A stretch of 64,000 nt of DNA from the NCBI RefSeq assembly GCF_001194135.2, contig NC_068992.1, positions 23,329,433-23,393,432 on the forward strand, read 5' to 3'. Numbering within the stretch: position 1 is the first letter of the stretch; each line of letters begins with the position of its first letter. The position numbers and the translations under genes were made by a program. The notes under the pieces are model-generated. The model worked only from the letters and a program-made list of their open reading frames with translations. It had not been told where the DNA came from and made no database searches. Below, one piece after another: positions 51,937-64,000 of this stretch. The DNA comes from Octopus bimaculoides (Eukaryota).

Positions 51937-52802
51937 CATAATGTCATCTATAAGTATCTGGAATGTTGCCATAGTAACAAACCTAAAGCACGCAGAATAA
52001 AGCCGCTTGGTACAAATTGACATTGAAATCTGTTATGCATGCCGCACTAAGTTTCAACAACATTCTACCTCAATTCCGCTGTTCACAACAATGCTTGGAA
52101 GGAAAGTGTGTAGGAAGGTGTGTAGAGTGTAATCGTTCCATTGTCATGACAGAGAAAGTTGAGCAGAATATCTGAATCATATTTTGCCAAAGCTTGGCCA
52201 TATCAGCTCAGAGGCCTACGAAAAGTTGTTTAAAAGATTTGATCGTTGTTGACACAATCAAGAAGACCTTGTGCAAGTGAAACCTGAGTGTTTTTTTGTG
52301 TGTGAGCTGAAAGCAGCTATGGCACAAACTTAACAGACACGAGTCTTACACCTAAATCATCCGTAATAATGGACTGAACGAAACCGTAACTATACTGTAC
52401 TTTCCCTGATAACTCACAGATGGTGATTCGACGATTCACCTTCACAGCTGCACGAACATCTGCGATATTTTTTCTTAGTTCTTCTGGTTGCGCGTCTCCC
52501 TGACGTTCGTCAATATCGAGATTATTTCGGAACACCTTCCTTCCAAGCACACCTTCCTTCCAAGCACACCTTCCTTTCAAGCACACCTTCATTCCAAGCA
52601 CACCTTCCTTCCAAGCACACCTTCCTTCCAAGCACACCTTCCTTCTAAGCATTATTTTAAATAGCGGAAGTGAACTACAACATGAACACTTAGTGTGTAT
52701 GCGCAGAAATATTCGTTGTCGATCTTTGCCCAGCAGCTTCACTCTGTGTGCTTTAGCTTCGTTACTATGGCAAGAGTTCTAATACCTGTTGATCAAACTT
52801 CG
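51937..52802 (-). mobile_element. Second copy of the fold-back mariner, in opposite orientation
   Basis: TA flanks at 51935 and 52803. Plus-strand 5' arm 51937-~52235, then the minus-strand transposase piece DERQGDAQ...NIADVRAAVKVNRRITICELSGKVQYSYGFVQSIITDDLGVRLVSVKFVP (ORF 52317-52742). Confidence 0.88.
52532..52650. repeat. 17-bp minisatellite x7 (ACACCTTCCTTCCAAGC)
   Basis: Units start at 52532, 52549, 52566, 52583, 52600, 52617 and 52634. Confidence 0.95.
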
Positions 52803-53109
52803 TAATTCTATCGAGTAATTGTAACAGTCAGGAGTTAGATAGGATATCTCCGTCACGACATAATACAACACTTGAATAAAATATTTTTAAAGGCTTGCAC
52901 AAAGTATACTAATATGAAAATATATTATGTTAACCAATCCCTATCCAAATTGACAAACTCATTAACATTCTTGTAGGAAAAATAATATCAAGGAACTCTC
53001 AAATTTAACTCAAACGTAGTGCAGTTCTCTTATATGGTTCGATACAAACAAAATAGTTGGTGATTGCCCTTCAATTTTACGTTTTTCTTCAAGAGACAAA
53101 CGTGCCTGA

Positions 53110-53300
53110 TGGACAACGGAGGAGATTCTAGTGTGGGGCGATTAAAGCCGGTTTCCTGGTATCTATGGTGTATAATTTCTTTGTGTGAGTGGGCTGGAGC
53201 AACGTGAATTGAATACAACGCGTCGCCCGTTCGAGGAACCGAAACGACAATATTTCGATAATGAGTCTAACACTTTAACCACTATGCCACGCACCTCCAC
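53110..53300 (-). mobile_element. SINE family D
   Basis: Reverse-complement head GTGGAGGTGCGTGGCATAGTGGTTAAAG; tail similar to the 37845 copy. Confidence 0.7.
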
Positions 53301-53315
53301 TGTGGAGCGATTGAA

Positions 53316-53706
53316 TGAATTGATATTCTTTTCTACTATTGGTACAAGGCCCGAAATATTAGGGAGGCGGGGCATTCGACAAGACCTACCCCAGTGCGCA
53401 AATGGTACTTAATTTATTGACCCCGAAAGGATGAAGGGCAAATTCGACTTCGGCGGAATTTGAACTCAGAACGTAAGGCATTTTGCCCGGCGTGCTGACG
53501 TTTCTTATTTCCTTATTGCCCACAAGGAGCTAAACATAGAGGGGACAAACAAGAACAGACAAAGGGATTAAGTTGATTACGTCGACCCCAGTGCGTAACT
53601 GGTACTTAATTTATCGACCCCGAATTTGAACACAGAACGTAAAGGCAGACGAAATACCGCTAAGCATTTTGCCCGGCGTGCTAACGTTTCTATCAGCTCG
53701 CCGCCG
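53316..53706 (-). mobile_element. Head-to-tail pair of SINE family B copies with different tails
   Basis: GGTACTTAATTTAT(T/C)GACCCCGAA at ~53404 and ~53601, and GCATTTTGCCCGGCGTGCT at ~53478 and ~53663. The tails differ. Confidence 0.85.
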
Positions 53707-53914
53707 TTTTAATTGACTTGATATTATTTATTATACCTCTTCAGTCGAAAATGACATAACGCTTGGTTTATTATTTTATAAAATCTCAAAGCAATCCTGT
53801 ACTGAAAGATTATAATATAAATATCACAACTAAATTCGCGGGAAGAATATCTACTTACAACAAAATGTATATACGTACGTATTATATTCATATTACATAT
53901 GATTTTAACCTACT

Positions 53915-54275
53915 TTCAGTTAGTAGACTACAGTCCCACTGGAGCACCCCGTTGTGTAATTTTGTCGTTGAAGGATACTAGTACAGATTTTAAGCTTTGT
54001 ACTTATTTTATCAGTTTTTGGCCGTACTACTAAGTCACGGGATCACAAACACACCAGCACTGGTTGTTAAGCAAGGGAGTGGGGATTAATGCAGAAGTGA
54101 AGATGCATACAATGAGCTTCTTTCAGTTTCCGTCTAACGAATCAAATCACAAGGTTTTGGTCGGCTTGAGGCTATTGTAGGAGACACTTGCCCAAGGTGC
54201 CGCGCAGTAGGACTGAACACAGAACTATGTTGCAGGGAAGCAAGCTTCCTACAACACAGCTACATCTGTGCATAT
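53915..54275 (-). mobile_element. SINE family A (diverged)
   Basis: GCTTCTTTCAGTTTCCGTCTA...GACACTTGCCCAAGGTGCCGCGCAGTAGGACTGAAC. Confidence 0.8.
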
Positions 54276-55502
54276 TTCATAATATATTCGTCTATGCAAG
54301 TGAAGATACTGTTGCAGTGGACAACTTGTGAATGATAGCAGCATATTTTTACCGGTGTAGAACATATGCCTTAGATTTATTGAAAGAAATATTCAATACT
54401 CTGAAGTATTTTATTACAGGAATAGGCTTACTAAAACATAATATAATATTTACTAATTGATCCATACACACATTTGTAGACAAACTCACATGCGAGTGCA
54501 TCGACTTTTAAGCGAAGCCATAAATTTTCAACTCAATAATTTATAAACAGTAACGCGTAATAAAACGTGAAAAATATCATGATTTATTAAAACTCAAACT
54601 AAATGTTTAAAGATAGAAGACTATATCATTTGAAGGAAAATAACCGGAATCTAAATTGCACAAAATATATTTCATCTGGTCATAGATTAAATATTTGAAG
54701 TAGATTGCTAAATAATTCATTTATATGTCAATCAACACACGATCACTTCAGTATTACCTACACCATATCTTGTATCACAATACGACGAAAGAACACAATA
54801 AATTTACGTTGTAAACAAACATCTAGCAAGAGATCTCACACAAATGCTGGGAATATAGTATGAAATGATTTTGATATAAAACAGTTGCTAATCTCAACAT
54901 ATCTTTAACTGGGGTATACATTTTCCGGATTGGAACATGACTTTCAAAGTGTTATCAGTACGAATAAATATTCTTTAATCATCCGAAACTTTCAATGAAA
55001 ATGTTTGACTAAGACAATTTTAAAAGATTACGTGGGAATCATATCAACATAATATATATCTAGGGAGATGATTTGCCTTCTAAAAACACACATTGGACAT
55101 AATGTGTCAGGATTATAGCAATAATAATTACAGGAAGTGCACATGACATCACAAATCTATTTATTTTAATATTTCACAGGAACACGTTTATGGTAAATGA
55201 ACAGGCAAATAACCATTCGCATTAGAAAAATGAAGACAAAACTATTAATATCATAGTTTTTATACATTACAGTACGATATATTTCGAAGAATACTTTTCA
55301 GTTTCTGGAAATATGTATAAGAAAAACGATGAACGAAGCAGAGCGGTTGAATGCGATATATAGATATATCTATACGATACGTATCAATGGTGAGATGACA
55401 GATATTGAGAAACACATACCGAAGTATGCTGTATTTCGCAGGCAAGAGAGAGAGAGAGAGAGATAGAGAGAGAGAAACAGAGAGAGAGAGCGAAAGAGAT
55501 AG

Positions 55503-55579
<77 letters not shown>

Positions 55580-55582
<3 letters not shown>

Positions 55583-56250
55583 GAAGTGGCAATGTACATC
55601 TGGGAAAGTGTCACGCCTGTAGTTCTGCTGTCGCACTGAGTATGTGACACTCTGGTGGTACACACCAAACAGACTAAAACGACAGTATGTACTACATATC
55701 ACCCACCAGATTCTCTAAATAGGAAACTCATTTGAAGAGAGCTTCAAAAAGATGGAAGAATTATTTACCACCGCTTATGACGGACTTCACCCTCTCTAAT
55801 GTCGAATGACCTGAGGACCGCCTTCTTTCGAGTATATCACTGGACAAACTGGGGCAAGTACAGTTTCTACTCGACCTCTCAGGCATGCTTTTGATGGAGC
55901 AAATAGTTCTCCTCCCAACAAAGGGTTGAAGTGCCCTGGAACTCTTCATTAATGACGTGGCGCACATCCGTAATGTTAACGTGACAACGACGATTTTCTC
56001 GGATCATCAGTTTATTGAAGTAATAACGTAAGGTCCACAGAATTCTTTAGACAACCAGACTACTAGAATCATACGGGTTTTTTTTCCAGCCTGATCTTTC
56101 ACAAAGCTGATTGGAATGGTATTCAGGAAGAATATCTCTCTACGTCTTTTGCATTTTTTTAGTGACTTCTCCCCGTATATTACACGCTCACGTGGTTGCA
56201 CCAGTTGATCCAGCTCCCCCTCATTACCCACGAACTTCTCTACTGGACTT
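55580..56250 (+). mobile_element. Decayed APE endonuclease of a CR1/L2-type LINE
   Basis: GEVAMYIWESVTPVVLLSH*VCDTLVVHTKQ...TYHPPDS...TDFTLSNVE*...EQIVLLPTKG*SALELFIN...TTIFSDHQFIE...FSSLIFHKADWNGI (GGV, YRPP, GDFNLP, PTRG, SDH and KADW motifs). Confidence 0.8.
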
Positions 56251-56305
56251 TCTACGCTTCAGCTGCAGCTCTCCTGTTTATGGATAACACTGGACTCTTC
56301 TGTTG

Positions 56306-56343
<38 letters not shown>

Positions 56344-56382
56344 CATGTATATGTATATGTATGTGTATGTATAAATATACAG

Positions 56383-56476
<94 letters not shown>

Positions 56477-56885
56477 TTGTGTGAGTGTGTGTGCGTGTGT
56501 GTGCGTGTGTGTGTGTGTCTTTCTGTATGCATGTGTATGTATGCACACAACGATATGATTTGCTGCAAGATGACTACATACCTGCAACATAGTCCAACAT
56601 ATTCTACACAAAAATATGCTTATAATGTTTCATGAAAGTCAAAGCAATAAGAATATATTGTATTCCGGCACATTTTAAAACAAAAGAATTTCGTTTTCAA
56701 AGACATATGAGTAGTAGACGTTGCGCAAACAATGCACTCAACCTGCTATCAAAGACCATTCCTCAATATTTCGTAACATACAAGTCTGACCTGATTATGC
56801 AGTTGAAGTCTTTTAAGTAGCGACTGTAGTGGCATAGACTTAATCATAACAATAACAGAAGTACCAATACACATACAACATATGA

Positions 56886-56932
<47 letters not shown>

Positions 56933-56987
56933 GTAAACTAAAGAATAATAATAATAACAATGATGATGATGATGATGATGATGATGA
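56886..56987. repeat. Compound (TAC)n-(AAT)n-(GAT)n microsatellite
   Basis: Directly visible. Confidence 0.9.
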
Positions 56988-57355
56988 ATCGGTCTTCTTT
57001 CCTACAATTTACTTGATATCTAACATATAATTAATTTCAACTGTATCAAAGCCAATATTATTCAGTAAATCGTGCTTTTAGAACATGATAGTTGTGGAAT
57101 TTCTTTCATTACTGATGTCTAATTCCATCCTCTTTGAATCACGTAACTGGAATTGCTCTGCTAAAGAAATAATTACTTCTGCATAGACGCAGAAACAGAT
57201 TGTACATATCAGAACACACACTCACAAGCAAGCACACACGCACACGCGCACAGACACACACACACGCACCCCCCACATACGCACACACACACACACACAC
57301 GCACACACACAAACAAAGAAACATATATACATATATTCCAAATAGACGCATACAT

Positions 57356-57430
<75 letters not shown>

Positions 57431-58269
57431 NNNNNNNNNNNNNNNNNNNNNNNNNNNNNNNNNNNNNNNNNNNNNNNNNNNNNNNNNNNNNNNNNNNNNN
57501 NNNNNNNNNNNNNNNNNNNNNNNNNNNNNNNNNNNNNNNNNNNNNNNNNNNNNNNNNNNNNNNNNNNNNNNNNNNNNNNNNNNNNNNNNNNNNNNNNNNN
57601 NNNNNNNNNNNNNNNNNNNNNNNNNNNNNNNNNNNNNNNNNNNNNNNNNNNNNNNNNNNNNNNNNNNNNNNNNNNNNNNNNNNNNNNNNNNNNNNNNNNN
57701 NNNNNNNNNNNNNNNNNNNNNNNNNNNNNNNNNNNNNNNNNNNNNNNNNNNNNNNNNNNNNNNNNNNNNNNNNNNNNNNNNNNNNNNNNNNNNNNNNNNN
57801 NNNNNNNNNNNNNNNNNNNNNNNNNNNNNNNNNNNNNNNNNNNNNNNNNNNNNNNNNNNNNNNNNNNNNNNNNNNNNNNNNNNNNNNNNNNNNNNNNNNN
57901 NNNNNNNNNNNNNNNNNNNNNNNNNNNNNNNNNNNNNNNNNNNNNNNNNNNNNNNNNNNNNNNNNNNNNNNNNNNNNNNNNNNNNNNNNNNNNNNNNNNN
58001 NNNNNNNNNNNNNNNNNNNNNNNNNNNNNNNNNNNNNNNNNNNNNNNNNNNNNNNNNNNNNNNNNNNNNNNNNNNNNNNNNNNNNNNNNNNNNNNNNNNN
58101 NNNNNNNNNNNNNNNNNNNNNNNNNNNNNNNNNNNNNNNNNNNNNNNNNNNNNNNNNNNNNNNNNNNNNNNNNNNNNNNNNNNNNNNNNNNNNNNNNNNN
58201 NNNNNNNNNNNNNNNNNNNNNNNNNNNNNNNNNNNNNNNNNNNNNNNNNNNNNNNNNNNNNNNNNNNNN

Positions 58270-58303
<34 letters not shown>

Positions 58304-58672
58304 GTTATGTATATATATATGAGTGTGTGTGTGTGTCTGTTTTCGTGCGTGTGTGTGTGTTATAACAATGTGACACTGTTGAGTAGAAAGGGTATTTAGA
58401 TATGTTTATTTATGCCTTTCTGGTATTGCTTGTACGAATTCATTTAATAGACATTGGAACGCAAAACCAAACAAGAAACAAGGTATATTTCGTACCATCG
58501 ACTGATAGCCAAGAATAAATATATTGTATATAGAATTTGTGGTATATCTAATTGTTGTGCTCCTTCCATCCCTCTCTCTCTCACTCTCTCTCTCTCTCTC
58601 TCTCTCTCTGTATCTCTCTCTCTCTCTGTATCTCTCTCTCTCTCTGTATCTCTCTCTCTCTCTCTCTCTGTA

Positions 58673-58704
<32 letters not shown>

Positions 58705-59310
58705 TATGTATGTATAATATATANNNNNNNNNNNNNNNNNNNNNNNNNNNNNNNNNNNNNNNNNNNNNNNNNNNNNNNNNNNNNNNNNNNNNNNNNNNNN
58801 NNNNNNNNNNNNNNNNNNNNNNNNNNNNNNNNNNNNNNNNNNNNNNNNNNNNNNNNNNNNNNNNNNNNNNNNNNNNNNNNNNNNNNNNNNNNNNNNNNNN
58901 NNNNNNNNNNNNNNNNNNNNNNNNNNNNNNNNNNNNNNNNNNNNNNNNNNNNNNNNNNNNNNNNNNNNNNNNNNNNNNNNNNNNNNNNNNNNNNNNNNNN
59001 NNNNNNNNNNNNNNNNNNNNNNNNNNNNNNNNNNNNNNNNNNNNNNNNNNNNNNNNNNNNNNNNNNNNNNNNNNNNNNNNNNNNNNNNNNNNNNNNNNNN
59101 NNNNNNNNNNNNNNNNNNNNNNNNNNNNNNNNNNNNNNNNNNNNNNNNNNNNNNNNNNNNNNNNNNNNNNNNNNNNNNNNNNNNNNNNNNNNNNNNNNNN
59201 NNNNNNNNNNNNNNNNNNNNNNNNNNNNNNNNNNNNNNNNNNNNNNNNNNNNNNNNNNNNNNNNNNNNNNNNNNNNNNNNNNNNNNNNNNNNNNNNNNNN
59301 NNNNNNNNNN

Positions 59311-59343
<33 letters not shown>

Positions 59344-60226
59344 TATTAAATGAATTTATGTCAGAAAAGAAACAGGTGTCTGTCTATGAGACTGTTTGAA
59401 AAGCTAGCTTACCAAAGAAACAGAAATACTTTTGAAATATGCCTCATATTAGTTTTTACGTTATTAAATTACAATGCACATTAACAGTTAACATATGAAA
59501 TACATTGTACTTGTAATATCTTCTGTTATTTCAAATATATTATGGCGTATACTTTTCTATAGGATAATATGTGCATAAGAGTATTTTGTGTTTTCATATC
59601 CAATATGCAGGTTCACACTTTACTGTCTTTCCAACACAAAACACGGGACGTGTCAGTATTATTTAAAAATGTGTACATTTTGGTTTTAAGCGTTCAATTC
59701 TGAACTATATGGCTTTAGCTTCGATAGTCGTACACGACAACGTGCGTTGCACGATTTCTATTATTCCTTGTGTGCAGAAATTATTAGATAGAAATTATGT
59801 AATCTTGAATGATGCTATTCCTACTAACCTGTGGTAGACATACTATAGAAATTAAATACAGCTAAAGCAGTTTATTGTGTAAATATGTCTTCCCTCCCTT
59901 CTAACATGTACCTCTGTAAGTGACAAAATTCTGATCGCATAAGACAATTACATGCACTCAATAATTCAACAAGCATCTACAATTATCCCCATCAAAATTC
60001 AACTTCCTCTGTTCTGCTGCCACTGAAAATAATTGTGCTTCTAAATACCACAGTCATAATGATATTAGTTGTAGTTAATAAGGAAGAAAGTGTTTCTTGA
60101 TTCAATGGCCAGCTTATGGTAGTTGGAATATGCCTGCTCAAATTTCAGCAAAGAAACCCTATTCAAGAGAAATCCAATTTTATACGACTAATTGGGTAAC
60201 GGAAACTTTAGATATCTTCACAGTCC

Positions 60227-60282
<56 letters not shown>

Positions 60283-61018
60283 CAATAGACACAGCTGTTA
60301 GTCAAGTGTAGTTGACAAATATGTGCGTGTGTGTCTGTGTGTATGTGTATCTGTGTGCATGTGTATCTGTGTGTATGTGTGTCTGTGTGTATGTGTGTCT
60401 GTGTGTCTGTGGATCTCTATCCATCTATCTCTGCTCATATCTATCTATCAACAATAGAGTATACTTATCGCTATGGAAACGTCGAAAATCTTGGTTGATA
60501 TTATCTAAAATTATAAGGCACATATATTTACCATTCATATTTTTCAGCATAATTAACTGCGATACCTACAGACACAATAAAGCAAAATATACGAGATAAT
60601 GTGCTGAGTTTAATACGTTATTCCAGTATGCTGTGAATATGCTGTTGCATAAGGACACTAATGGTGGAGCCAATGCGAAAACAATGATACAGCTAATGTG
60701 GAACAAATTATGTATAAATATGATATATAGTAATAACGGAAGTAATGGAATGGTAAATTAGAGGAAAACCCACATCAGTATCTGATATCGGCAGTATGCG
60801 TTAGATTGTGAGATACTTAATATTGATACTCATAATATGTAAGTATGGAAAATAGACAAACTGCAGAAATACTTGTCTCTTAAATTTAGATATAAAATAA
60901 TACAGACGGTCTTCGTATATCTAGTACCGAATAAGAACAAGAACAATAAGATGTTCAAAGATGAAAGTTCTCGGATAGAAAGAAGACTAACAGTGACGGC
61001 TATGTTTCTTATAAAAAT

Positions 61019-61020
<2 letters not shown>

Positions 61021-61108
<88 letters not shown>

Positions 61109-61131
61109 AAGAAGAAGAAGAAGAAGAAGAA
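61021..61131. repeat. (AAT)n(AAG)n compound microsatellite
   Basis: Directly visible; it explains the poly-I/poly-R ORF 60873-61190. Confidence 0.97.
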
Positions 61132-61500
61132 GAGAACTCAGAGAGCTCAAAGCTCTGCCAAGTCAACACCAACGTCCTCGCAACGATTAGCCAGAAATGA
61201 TTTTTAAAATGAGAATATCTGAAGTAAACTCGACTGCTCTCACAAACGAGCGAACTAAAATAAACCCGGCCGCCGACAAAAATTAAGTAATAAAAAAAAA
61301 GAAGAAAGAGTAAAAATAATCGAAAATCCTTGTCCGGTACCAGGTCGATACCAAAATCTAAGCAGTTCGTGCCAGTCGCGAGCCCAAACATCCCTGAAAA
61401 TTTCATCCGAATCCATCCAGCGGTTCTTGAGATATCTTGTCCAAGGACAAACAAACAAACATGACTGAAAACAATACCCCCGCCTTCCCCAAGGAATTAT
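61132..61500 (+). mobile_element. Helentron/HINE (DINE-1-like) non-autonomous element
   Basis: AAATTTCATCCGAATCCATCCAGCGGTTCTTGAGATATC, then a (CAAA)n run and a terminal GC-rich CCCCCGCCTTCCCCAAGG. This layout is typical of HINE-type elements; the assignment is by resemblance. Confidence 0.45.
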
Positions 61501-62032
61501 AACCCATCTAAAATGCGCCAAGGAATTTGAGGTTTGTAATAAAACATGACGAACTAAATAAAAGAATCAAGTCGAGTACTCAGAATAAAATATCACAAAA
61601 TAAATAAAAATATGTTAACTACAAGAGACAATAAATGACTCGGTTTATTCGTCTTGAATACTTGCCAGTATCGCCCGCTAATTGACCGGCAAAATATTTT
61701 TTTAAGATATCGATTGAGAAGTATGATGTTAACTGTACATAAAGGCCACTCAATGTTCCCAGAAATGTTTCTATTCAAAAAGAAAAACAATATAATTAGT
61801 AAATATGGAGAGAAAATTCACCACATCCCTACAGTTAGTGATTCACATTAAATGATCGATGTTTTATTGTGTTCAAAGATACAGATGGAAATCTCAGATT
61901 CTATTTTGGCAAATCTTCAAAGAATATGTGTCACGAGTGATTCTAACAAAATCCTGGCATAGTTAAGAAGAAAAGGTTAGTATGCAACACTGCTATGTTA
62001 GATGCCAGGCTACACCAATGACAAACATAATC

Positions 62033-62190
62033 AGCAGGCGTGGCTGTGTGAAGTTTTGTTCCCAACCACATTGTTTCGGCTTTAGTACCACAACTTGGCA
62101 ACTTCGGCAGGGGCCTTCCGCTATAGCCTCGGGACGACCAAAGCCTTGTTAGAGGATCTGGTAGACGGAAACTGAAAGAATCCCGTCGTA
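62033..62190 (+). mobile_element. SINE family A, 5' part
   Basis: GCAGGCGTGGCTGTGTG...CTATAGCCTCGGGACGACCAAAGCCTTG...GGTAGACGGAAACTGAAAGAATCCCGTCGTA. Confidence 0.85.
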
Positions 62191-63067
62191 TATGTACATT
62201 AAAACATCCTGTAAAACGCCAATACTATACCGATGAGCTTTATTTATGACGCTGAGCGAATCAATATTAAAGTTAATCTCCGATTGATTTTAACTCTGAT
62301 CGCTGAGATTCAGAACAACTACACCACAAGATACTACAACAATGTTTTATCGATCCCACCAATTTTAATAATGTACATACATACAGAAGTGAAGATATGT
62401 ATGTGAAGTTAAAAGGTTCGCTTCGAAATTACATTGCTTCCAGTACAGACCCAAGAGGGGTTAACTTGGGCATGCGATTTTAGTGGTAAAGAGAGCTACT
62501 CAGGTTTCAAGAGAGCGAGCAGGAAAGCAGATGTCTTCACAGAAAACCTACCTAACACAATGTTTTCAGCCCTTAACTTCTAATATCCGAAAGGTCATAA
62601 CTCCTGGGTGCTCTTCTGTTTACACTCTGTAGCCACTTGGATGTCGGAAACGTCAAATAACTTGCGAAAGAATTTCATAGACGGTAACTGTTGAAACCTT
62701 TACATATATAGTTTTTCAAATCTGTGTAAGTGTATGTGTTTATGTGTATGTGTACGTGTATGTGTCTTTGAGCGTGCGTGCGTGTGTGCGTACATGCCTG
62801 TGCGTGTGTGTGTATATCTGTGTCTATGTGTTTGTCCATCATCGCTGGACGTCGGTGTTTGTTTACATCTCCACGGACAGCAATTCGCCAAAACAAACCA
62901 ATAAAATAAATTATCAAACTTTAAAAAAAATCATGTTATTGTCAGTGGAATGACGAAAAGTAATAAGAGAATAACACGAGATAAGATACTTTTATCCACG
63001 CTCAGAAGTTACAAACATATATACATGCATGTGTGTGTATCCACACGCATGGATATATGTGTCGATG

Positions 63068-63263
63068 TCGGGAGGGCTGCTGAAAAGTTCCTGGCTTTAA
63101 AGTTATCGCAGAAGGCCTGGTTCTTTTACAGGGCTTAGAAAAACTGAAGGACCACTGCAATAAGTGAGTGAATCTGAGGGGGAAATATGTTGATAAAATC
63201 AGAATTAACTGATCCACTATTTTCCTTTACCCAAAGCCAGGAGCTTCTCAGTATACTCTTGTA
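63068..63263 (+). mobile_element. Mariner MITE
   Basis: Inverted ends GCTGAAAAGTTCCTGGCTTT and AAAGCCAGGAGCTTCTCAGT. Internal LQGLEKLKDHCNK*VNLRGKYVDK resembles a mariner C-terminus. Confidence 0.7.
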
Positions 63264-64000
63264 CGCAAGTATGTATATATAAATATATTATTCATAATAA
63301 CGTTTGCAAACTTAAATGGAACTAATAATATATTCATATAAGCATATATCGTCTGATTCGACATTCTTGCAACAAAGCCAGGCATACGAAACATGTAAAC
63401 TAAGCGAGAACCCACTCATGCATCTGCTTATTATGAACAATGAAAATATATTTTTACACACAATCTGATGTATTTCATAAAATAGTGCGTAAACATATAT
63501 GTGCCTGTGTGTGTGGTTATGTGATTGTGTGTGTGCCTGCGTATCAAGTGCATGAATAAAAACAGGAATGAAACGAGAGAAAGAATGAAAGTGAAAGGTA
63601 GATAAGGATATGAACATACATACATACATATGTATACACACACACACACATACATACATATATATATATATATATACTTATACACACACATATATATATA
63701 CACATATGTTATATATTTATATAGTAGGTGTATATTTACCTAGATACGTACATTCATACTTAGATAAATACATACACACATACATACATATATATATATA
63801 TATGAGTTTATGTAAATACATAGACATGCACGTATATGTATATGTGTAAGTATATGTATAAATATATAGAGAGGATGAGAGGGAGAGAGAGAGGAGATAG
63901 ATAGATGGATAGGTAGGTATATAGATAAATAGAAAGAGAGATAGATACTCAGACAAATAGATAGATAAATAGATAAATGTATATATATATATATATATAT

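Overview
AT-rich eukaryotic DNA, most consistent with an octopus/coleoid cephalopod genome. This is inferred from the microsatellite load and the tRNA-derived SINE families, not from a database match. I find no intact protein-coding gene. Every long ORF in the track is a microsatellite read-through, an N-gap artefact or a decayed transposon fragment, so the window is probably a large intron or intergenic desert. It contains: about 12 assembly gaps (~4.4 kb of N); four tRNA-headed SINE families in many copies; decayed LINEs (CR1/L2-type endonuclease and RT, RTE-like, and three restriction-like-endonuclease (RLE) retrotransposon tails); mariner (DD34D-type) and maT (DD37D) remnants; a probable hAT remnant; and several hairpin MITEs. 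The most interesting signals are: (1) a near-complete minimal type-I hammerhead ribozyme at 15234-15289, plus three degenerate hammerhead-like motifs, one inside a tRNA-head/(AAT)n composite element; (2) a ~1.2 kb strongly diverged but strictly phased 26-bp tandem array at ~39545-40760; (3) two copies of a fold-back mariner derivative that share the same inversion junction; (4) three long inverted-repeat hairpins. All family assignments come from manual translation and motif recognition.
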